Positions 54,377 to 62,851 of a DNA stretch of 62,851 nucleotides are shown in pieces. Under the pieces are notes generated by a model. It ran no database searches, was not told the origin of the DNA, and saw only the letters and a program-made list of their open reading frames with translations. Numbering within the stretch: the first letter of the stretch is position 1; each line of letters starts with the position of its first letter. A program made the position numbers and the translations under genes. Location: contig KZ538548.1 of assembly GCA_000934665.2 (NCBI GenBank), positions 1 to 62,851 on the forward strand, read 5' to 3'. Origin of the DNA: Catajapyx aquilonaris (Eukaryota).

Positions 54377-55049
54377 TTCTTAGGACATAGCAAAAGACTA
54401 ACGACGCCGTGTGGACAAGGAACAAACATAGGTCCAGACAAAAGTAGTCGCATGTGTTCCCCACTTTGTGTCTCCAAAGTTTACTTTAATAATGGGATTC
54501 TAAAAGGACCCGAAGGAAAAAATGAGAGAATTTTCCTTTCTTATAGAAAGAAAACCCAAAAATGAAATTCATCCCTCTAAGGCATTTTTTTTCTCCATCT
54601 CCTTCTTGTTCTTCTGGGTGTCCAATTTCTTCTACCTTCCAAGGAGAGCAAATTAAATTCTTCCTCGGAACTACCAAAAACAAGTTCCTGTTCCGGAAAG
54701 GTTCTTATTTCCGGATAGGATATTGGTTGGAGCGGAAGTTGAGTTAGGAAACAAAATGGCGGGTGGTGCGATAGGTAGAAAATGATGGACGCCCAACTCT
54801 GGTCGCGGAAACATCAGCTGTTCTTTACGACGGCCATTTTCGAATGGGGACCACTAAAGCAAAGGGGGCTGGGGGCGGGGGGGATCGTCAATGGCGCCGT
54901 CTTTTTTCGGCCACAACCGATCTTCCAGGGGGTATTTTGCCAGTTTATCGACGGTTGGGAAGAGATTGGGGGTGGAAATACGGAGAGGCGACAATAATTT
55001 CCAAGTTGGTCCGAATTAATGGATAGAATTTTGATAAGTTTTGGGTCTA

Positions 55050-55337
55050 CACTCTTAACCATTTACCTTCTCTAGAGAGGGTAAGAAAGTGGCAATTATT
55101 TTTACCTTACATTGTAGGGTAAATATTCTTGGGGAAATTGATTCTAAGGTAAATTTTGCATGTATTACCTTAGAAAATAGAGGGTAAAAACGGGCCTCTT
55201 TTTACCCTCTATTTTCTAAGGTAATACATGCAAAATTTACCTTAGAATCTATTTACCCAAGAATATTTACCCTACAATGTAAGGTAAAAAGTGGCCACTT
55301 TCTTACCCTTTCTAGAAAAGGTAAATGGTTAAGAGTG
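55050..55337. mobile_element. MITE family A, full-length palindromic copy (288 bp, TA TSD; CACT termini, CMC/EnSpm-like or Tc1/mariner-mobilised)
   Basis: Near-perfect inverted repeat over almost its whole length, flanked by TA on both sides. Confidence 0.93.
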
Positions 55338-57055
55338 TAGCGCTTGTAACCGAATGTATAGTCCTAGTGTTATCAGACACGGACAAGAGACTATTGGGGA
55401 AGTCTAATTCCAAGGCTGTTATTTCCAACTGCCTCTTATCTCTTGAAGGCACGTGCTTAAGGGCGGGATATTTTGATTTACAGGTCCAAAGTATGGCCGC
55501 CATTTCATCTACATTGCCGTTTAACGACTTTCTGGCAGATGTCTGTCGGCGGAAGAACCACACCCTATAGTTCATCATACTAGTGTAGGAATTATGGTTG
55601 ACCCACAGAGGTCAGTGCTATTGTTCAGGACCTGTCGTAAGATATCAGCTGGACTATAAGCCCAATTTGTGGGGGTTAAACATGGTTTAATTGGGAGCTT
55701 GGTTTTAGGATCAGTCGAATTGAAGCGGACTGCTATTGCACTTTTTATAGCCTCCATTCCAGTGCGAATTTTCCGGTCATGGCCTGAACCTCCAGAAGGC
55801 ACATCTCTTTTTTTTCCCACGTTCATAAATTCGCAGTTGAGTGCATTTTGCGTGGTTTATGGAAGTGCTCAAGAGATGGATATTGAAAAGCGTGGAAGAA
55901 AAAAAAAAAGCGAGAGAATCAAAAATAAAGCGTGGAAATGAAGCTTTGATATTTTTTTTATTTTTCTTTTGGAGAAAATGGGTCGAAACCGATTTTTTGT
56001 TCATATGTGCCTACAACGTAACTTATATCCAGCCATACCTGTGCATGACGTGTCCCAAAACCGAACGTGACATGAACTGCCCCAGGGTCTCCCACAACTC
56101 TGTACACGGCACAAAATCGCTGAAAAACATACCTCGCAACTAATTAAACTTGAAACAAAGGTTGAGAAGCAACTCGTAATAAATTTTTTGAAATATTTTC
56201 TTTTGTGTGCCCATTCCTTGATTTTTTGGACACATGGAGCAGTTTCCTGCATATCACCTTCCCCACCCCTACATATATATCCAAACCCAAACCTTCCTAT
56301 CACCTCCATAAACCTTGTTTATGGGTCTCGTGGCTTGAGGGGGAATCTGGCTAGCAGGGTTACCAGCTGTAGCCTTAACCGCATCTCTAAAAACAGAAAA
56401 AATGCTTGCTTTCTATTATTTCCCCCCCCCAGCAGCTTCACTCTTGGTTTTTGAACCACAAGTGCAATAGACGGCGTTGGTATCGCAGGCTATGATTGCG
56501 CTGAAACAAAAGTTTGCATAATTTATAGAGACGCGCAGCTGGGAATTGTCGGCAAATCCGCATGATTATACGGCCAGTGTGGTTATCTACCTCCCGTTTC
56601 TCTATTATTGGGGGGGGGGGGGAGGAGGGTCTGAATAAGTTATTAGCACAATTTTATGAGGCGGGGTTTGTCTGCTAAATATTTTGCGTGGAAAAGGATA
56701 CCTTCCAGGATTGATTTTGCGAGTGGCTACACTGATTTCAGTGGAAGTTGTTCCTGTGAAATAAAATTTCTGTCAGTTGTAAAAATACGGCCTTAAAAAA
56801 TTACGTATAATTAATTTGGTTTAAGATTGTCGCTGGAAGCTGCCAAAATTTTATACTTTTAACTTATTTTGTTTATTATTTAATTCGTATCATTTTATCA
56901 TTTTATTGTATTATCATATTTATTGTTTTATTGTATTTATTCTCATTTTTATTGTATTTATTTTAATTTTTATTATTTTATTGTATTTATTATCATTTTA
57001 TTTATCATTTATTATATGGTTTATTTATTTATCAGCATTTATTATCATTTAAATT

Positions 57056-57358
57056 GGCCGAAGCAGTGGTATCGGAGGGGATATGGTATCCGACTGCTAA
57101 TCGGGAGGTCCTGGGTTCGAATCCCGGTGTCCGCCGACCCTGAGCGTGATTTTCTGTGGTTTCCCATTGTCTCACCAGGAAAATTCCGGGGTCGTGTCCG
57201 TAATTATAGGCCACAGCCGCTTCCTTCCGTCCCTATCCCATCCCCATATACGAGAAGTAAAAATGAAAGCAAGAGTTCCAGATAATAAAAAATATGGTGG
57301 TATCCCACCCCCCTAAGAGGGCCCATGGCTCTAGCACGGGGTACAAATTATTATTATT
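57056..57358 (+). mobile_element. tRNA-derived SINE with Nin/Deu-like central domain
   Basis: A-box-like tggtatcggagggg, B box GGTTCGAATCC (57114-57124), central ttttctgtggtttccc…aggccacagccgcttccttcc, (TTA)n tail, TSD attatcatttaaatt on both sides. Confidence 0.9.
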
Positions 57359-58308
57359 ATTATCATTTAAATTAATATTATTTATTTTTTATTTATTTAA
57401 TTTATTATTTAAATATATGAATTGTTTTAATACAATTCAACAATACAATAAATAAAATGAATAAATGAATAAATCATTCATTCATTTTATTTTATATTAT
57501 ATCGTTTACTTATTTTATGTGATATAATTTATTTATTGTTAATGTTATGTAATTTTTATAAGAAATGTAGGTGATTGCCGATATTTAAAATCAAATGTTC
57601 TCTAAAATATTACATGTTTCGGACCAAAGTTTCGGACGAAAATGTGTCGGTCGAAGTGCATCCGCAAATTATCGGGAATAAGTCATGTCCTAATTGGACG
57701 AGATTATTTCTGTCCCTATAGAGACGATAATAATTTTAAGCAGAACCACAGTCTGCCAAAGTTTGGCCCCCTTTTTAGGCNCCGGACAATGAAACAAACA
57801 TCGCGCCTCTATCTGTTGTTTATGGATTAAACTCTGGTCCCGACCAGAATTGGCCCTGCAACATTAATGGAGCCCTGCTTCCAACTGGGTCACACGGCGA
57901 GGTCAAGGTCACCCCCCACCATGACCTTGCACGTCCCCGCCCTCTCTGGAGACGCTTCGGCGAAGAAAAGGCGCATAATGAGACGGTTTGGAGTTATCCT
58001 AGTTAATCTGAGAAAACTGGGGGTCTCCATAGCGACCGAATGTTCCCGAGGGACTTTGGAAAAGGGGCTTATGGGAAAATGGGTTTGTGGGGAGAGGAGG
58101 GAAAGGAGGGAAAAGGGGATCAATGCAACCGGGGAGGATGGGTTGTCAAGGAGACTCCCCACCTTGTCACGTGGAAAAACCTTCGCTTAGTCAGCAAGTA
58201 ATCCTGCGTAAGACACACAGGCATCGTTCATCACATCTTGGCCTACATGTCATCTGGAGTACCGCATCCCTCACGTAGATGGCGGAACCCATTTTAGTAT
58301 ACCCCTAT

Positions 58309-58356
58309 CACTCTTAACCATTTACCTTCTCTAGAGAGGGTAAATGGTTAAGAGTG
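58309..58356. mobile_element. MITE family A, 48-bp mini copy
   Basis: cactcttaaccatttaccttctctagagagggtaaatggttaagagtg|ta; differs from 42607-42654 only at base 1. Confidence 0.88.
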
Positions 58357-59193
58357 TATACTAATAGAGGAATGCATTTTGGGGCTGGATCCCGAAAAAA
58401 GGGGGTATAGGAGTCAGGATGATGCATCGTGACATCTACGAATAGGTTCACTTCAGGATTTGTCGCATAGAATTTCTTGGCGGATATTTTTTATGGGCTA
58501 AAAGAAATCTTTCAAGTTAGCATAAGTAATCGTTTCTCGATGAAAAAGCCGGGATGCACTTTAGGGAGAGATTATGACAACCGTGAAAGATTAATGGCCT
58601 CTACTGTACTGTGTCGGTACAATAAAAAGCTATGTGGAGTTCAGAAGTTTTTTTTAAATATATATGTTAATATATAAAAAAAAGTGCATGGCTGATTGAT
58701 GAAGGTCTAAGTACATATTGTATATCATTAACGTATTTATTTTTCCAGTATTTTTTGCGCATATTTGTAACAATCTGGGGGCTGTAGTTATTTTGGTCTA
58801 AAAATACCCATCATTTTAATGAAATTCGGTGACTTTGATGGATTCATCTTGAGCATGTTTACAACTTTCATCATCGGAATTTTCCTTACCTTTTAGTTTA
58901 ATCTCGCTTCATTTTTGCAACACACTTTTCATTCCCCTCTCTTTGGCCAACTAACCCCCAAAACCATCAGAGCCCCCCACAGTCATTATGATGATCCGAA
59001 AATGGGGCATACTCTCTTCCTGCCTGATCCGGATCTTTAAATTACGTCCAATTAACTCACTTGCCAAGCTGAACTGCCGCCATAGCTGCCAACATGGCGT
59101 ATTTTTCACTCCTTCAAATAGGCGATAGCTTAATTCAAATGTTGAACATGGAAAGGTCATCATCAAAAAGGAAATTTTCTATCATTTAAAAGA

Positions 59194-59417
59194 AATATTA
59201 AGTAATAATATCAGGTATAAGGTATAAGGTAAACATATTAAGTATAAGGGATAAGGTATAAGGTAAACATATTAAGTAATAATATAAGGTATAAGGTAAA
59301 AATATTACGTAATAATATAAGGTATAAGGTAAAAATATTACGTAATAATATAAGGTATAAGGTAAAAATATTACGTAATAATATAAGGTACAAATATTAA
59401 GTAATAATATAAGGTAT
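59194..59417. repeat. 33-bp AT-rich minisatellite
   Basis: aatattacgtaataatataaggtataaggtaaa units. Confidence 0.92.
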
Positions 59418-60220
59418 TCACCCATTATGAATGAATATTTTGATTTGAAAAAAAAATGATATTCTGATTTGATAACTTGATAGTACGTCCAGGATAGCAC
59501 AATTTTATTTTCTCTTCCAGTAAATATTTTTTTGCATAGAACCTAGTGTATATATAGATCAGTTTGCTGTAAACGGATGATTTCAAGTCTCGAGGCTGTC
59601 GAACAGGTAGTTTCAAGGGGGTTATTTACCAGCGGTTTTTTTCCCCCCGGAAGTAAGTACGCATTACAAGGACTGGTATACCTTCGGTATCGCTGGGGAA
59701 ATCAGGGATTCTGATTCAGAGAGAGCTTTTCCCAAACATGAATAAAGATCGGGTACAAAGAGGTTTAAGAGCCGGTTGCACTTCTGAAAAGGGACCCAAG
59801 ACGCATCTAACTCTATTCTGTTGTGCCATTTCAAACTACTACAAAAAGTAGCCATTACGATCCATTTGAAGCGAACTTTATTATTACCCTGGAAAGGTCT
59901 GTTTATCACGCCAAAAATGGGTACAATTTTAATGAGAGTTTGAATAATAAAAATGTTTGCGGGGCTTTTTCTGCCCAACCCTTTTCAGTAGCGATACTGT
60001 CAGTTACACCATATTTTTGCATCGAGTCCCGGATTTTTATATGTCCGGACAAAATCACCCCGGGGCGATCCGGACCTGTCAACCTTGTGCCCAAAAATGG
60101 TTCGTATCATGTAACTCAAGCCTGTGGGTACGTTTCTGGCTAGTCAGATATTAAAAATAGTGTATGGTAACGACTTAAAGTGAAAAATCCAGATTTCTCA
60201 AGGTCATTTGTTGGACGCCA

Positions 60221-60261
60221 CCGCTAGAGGGCGCTGCGCCAACATCCGCGCCATCTAGCGG
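60221..60261. promoter_or_regulatory. Inverted pair of CTCF-like motifs
   Basis: CCGCTAGAGGGCGC on + (60221-60234) and CCGCTAGATGGCGC on - (60248-60261). Confidence 0.5.
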
Positions 60262-60906
60262 GATTCCCAGCCGGATAGACGACGGAAGAGCCTTAATTCT
60301 TAATTTTTGCGGAGGCCTGGGAGCAATTGGCACGTCGAGGCCAATTATCCGGGAGGGAAAGCCAGGCGCAGTGTTGCCTGATTGATAGTCCTGAGCCTAA
60401 ACTTGGCAATGGCACCTTGGGAGCCGCGTAGCACCAGCCATCTGTGGCAAGACCGCAGCACTCTATTAAATGCCTGTATCATCTTCAAGCTAGGGCACAT
60501 TATTTCATGCAAATGGGAGGTGATGCATCTCATTTACACAGGTAATTTAGAGAGGGTTATAAATATCGGTTACGGTAAGGAAGCATGGCATGCACTGTAT
60601 GTATGACCTCTGTGTACTATTCCGTTCCAGTGTCGGACAAAAAAAAAAGCATGACAGAAACACAGGGGGATTCCGTTGGGATCAATTATCAAGGGAGCTG
60701 ATTAATTATGCCCAAGCGAGAAGCGTAATTAACACGTGCAAATCCCTGCGAAACGTTTTGTGTGAGAAGCCAGCCTTTTTTCATTTGCATACAAATATAT
60801 GCTTTTTGAACCCAGCTTGTCATTTACACATGGCGGAAATAGGAAGGGTGCGGAATTTATGTTGACAATGACAAAATTGCTGACTCTGTTCCTCTCTTAT
60901 TCGCAG

Positions 60907-61063
60907 CTTTGGCAACGTCAGACGAGTTGAAGATCACGTCAAATGAAGGCGTTGTGATCCGCTCGGTGAACGACTCGTACTTCGTCACATGTCACGCTCC
61001 AAACGCCGTCCGACTCATGTGGATACATCTTCCAAGTAATCAGATCACCGCTCAGAAAGGCAG
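60907..61063 (+). CDS. Internal coding exon: N-terminal half of first Ig domain of an NCAM/Fasciclin-2-like IgSF adhesion protein (resembles Drosophila fipi/CG15630)
   Basis: Branch-like GCTGAC, pyrimidine tract and acceptor (ttcctctcttattcgcag|), strong donor (cag|gtaaga). Open frame, phase 1 in and phase 2 out: xLATSDELKITSNEGVVIRSVNDSYFVTCHAPNAVRLMWIHLPSNQITAQKGR. It has the Ig B-strand Cys (FVTC), the C-strand Trp and an NDS sequon. Orthology is recalled from memory only. Confidence 0.85.
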
Positions 61064-61162
61064 GTAAGACACGTAAGAAATGACAATTGGAAGTACCATA
61101 TGTCTCACACTTGAAGTAGTCATATATTTGCAGTATAATATAACTATATGAGCTGGGTCAGC

Positions 61163-61710
61163 ATCGCGTGGAATCAGATCCACGCGATACTTTCCACGTG
61201 GTAGATACTTTCCACGTGGTAGCGATACTTTCCAATGGATCCAGATCCACGCGATACTTTCCACGTGGTAGCAATACTTTCCACGTGGTGGCGATACTTT
61301 CCTATGGATTCAGATCCACGCGATACTTTCCACGTTGTAGATACTTTCCACGTGGTAGATGCTTTCCACGTGGTAGCAATACTTTCCACGTGGTGGCTAT
61401 ACTTTTCAATGGATTCAGATCTACGCGATACTTTCCACGTGGTAGCAATACTTTCCACGTGGTAGCGATACTTTCCAATGGATTCAGATCCACGCGATAC
61501 TTTCCACGTGGTAGCAATACTTTCCACGTGGTGGCGATACTTTCCAATGGATTCAGATCCACGCGATACTTTCCACGGTGGATACTTTCCACGTTGTAGA
61601 TACTTTCCACGTGGAAGTAATACTGTCCACGTTGTAGATACTTTCCACGTGGAAGTAATACTGTCCACGTGGTAGCGATACTTTCCACGTGGATTCAGAT
61701 CCACGCGATA
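61163..61710. repeat. Compound minisatellite (18-20 bp subunits, 69-bp higher order) rich in CACGTG
   Basis: gatactttccacgtggtag subunits separated by ggattcagatccacgc. Confidence 0.95.
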
Positions 61711-62365
61711 GTTTGTTTTAAAACCGCGCGAAACCGTGATTCGGTCCGATTTAATGGGCACCACCCAAATCTAGTTATGGATTGAAGTTGCTGCAATTGC
61801 AGACTAAATTCCGAGTCTAATGGCTGCACACGGTGGGGTCAAAGTACATAAAAATTTCCTGCAGTTTCAATCCATCAAAAAAAGACTATGATTTATTCAC
61901 TCTCTGGGGGTTTTTTTACGCGGAAAAATCTAGGCTGGTTCGGGACTATAGATTTCATTGCAGCTTTTTGCACTAGGATTTCTAGGAAAGAGTGGCACCC
62001 TGCAAGCAAGGGGGCGTGGAATTATTCAAAGTCGGGGGTGCGGAGCGCTGCTTTTGAGCTTCAAAAGCCCTAGGGACAATGCGGGTCTAATTGCGCTCGT
62101 TACTTTCCACTTCTAATGTGGAGCACTGCTATTGGTCCTGACAGGGTTGGAATGTCACTTTCCGGGTGACAAAATCTGGGTGGACAAAATTTGCTCGAAA
62201 TGGTTAGGCCATTAATATTTGGTTTGGCATCACTGTAATGGGAAACCGCTATTAATGTTTTAGTGACACTTTAAATATTAGTGTCAGGTTTCAACCGGTT
62301 ATGTCTTACCAGAGTTATTGCTGATTTATAGTGTGGTACTGTACGGTATTGCACCTTGGAATATA

Positions 62366-62695
62366 CAGGGTGTTTCAACTTTTTTGTCCGAACAGTTATC
62401 GGAAAATTGCACGTAGCTGCTACTTTATGAGCTGTGACTTGCAACCGGTGATTTGTCGGAGGAATGTGGAATGGGGAAAAAGAGGGTCACACATCCCATG
62501 GCATGTGCGACCCTCTTTTTTCCAGGCTTGACCCTCAGTTTTCAGAGGGCAGCACGTGTGCCACTTCAACCTACGATTCGCATGTAATATTCCCTGTTCC
62601 TCCGAAAAATCACCGTTTGCAAGTCACTGCTTACAAAGTAGCAGCTACGTGCAATTTTCCGATAACTATTCGGACAAAAAAGTTGAAACACCCTG
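62366..62695. mobile_element. Tc1/mariner-type MITE (TA TSD, CAGGGTGT termini, ~95-bp TIR)
   Basis: ta|cagggtgtttcaacttttttgtccgaa … ttcggacaaaaaagttgaaacaccctg|ta. Confidence 0.92.
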
Positions 62696-62724
62696 TATTA
62701 GCATGAGTGCAAATTCAGGGGGCT

Positions 62725-62841
62725 CTGTCCGTCTGTCTGTTGACAAGTATCATGGCCTAAACCGTATGAGATACAGACAAATTGTTTTCGGATTCAATGG
62801 ACCCAGGTCAACTTCCGGTGACCGGCCACTTCCGGTTTTCC
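62725..62841 (+). mobile_element. Family E, copy 2 (probably continues past window end)
   Basis: Similar to the sequence flanking family C at 21874-22438. Confidence 0.5.
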
Positions 62842-62851
62842 AGCAAGTTCA

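Noticed and set aside
57056..57135. tRNA-Ser(GCT) gene
   Set aside because: No proper acceptor or D stem and no long variable arm; it is followed by a SINE body, tail and TSD.
61168..61764. 143-196 aa repetitive ORFs or a CRISPR-like array
   Set aside because: Minisatellite with no unique spacers, no cas genes and a eukaryotic context.

Overview
This window is eukaryotic (metazoan, probably arthropod) genomic DNA with no operons, rRNA genes, true tRNA genes or CRISPR arrays. Most of it looks like one very long + strand intron ending at a clean 157-nt coding exon (60907-61063) that encodes the N-terminal half of a first Ig domain of an NCAM/Fasciclin-2-like cell-adhesion protein. About 40 kb upstream, at 20320/20321, is a textbook recursive-splicing (ratchet-point) motif. 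A candidate nested antisense 3-exon gene (42713-43460) encodes a roughly 128-aa secreted Cys-rich peptide. The rest is dense with short non-autonomous transposons: palindromic MITEs with TA, TTAA, TNA, AATT and 7-8 bp target duplications, some nested and one forming a deletion series down to 48 bp. There are also several Helitrons, a tRNA-derived SINE, a tRNA-Lys primer-binding site, TTAGG-like foldback repeats and minisatellites. Most ORFs in the supplied track appear spurious. Family assignments are by eye and from memory, not from database searches.
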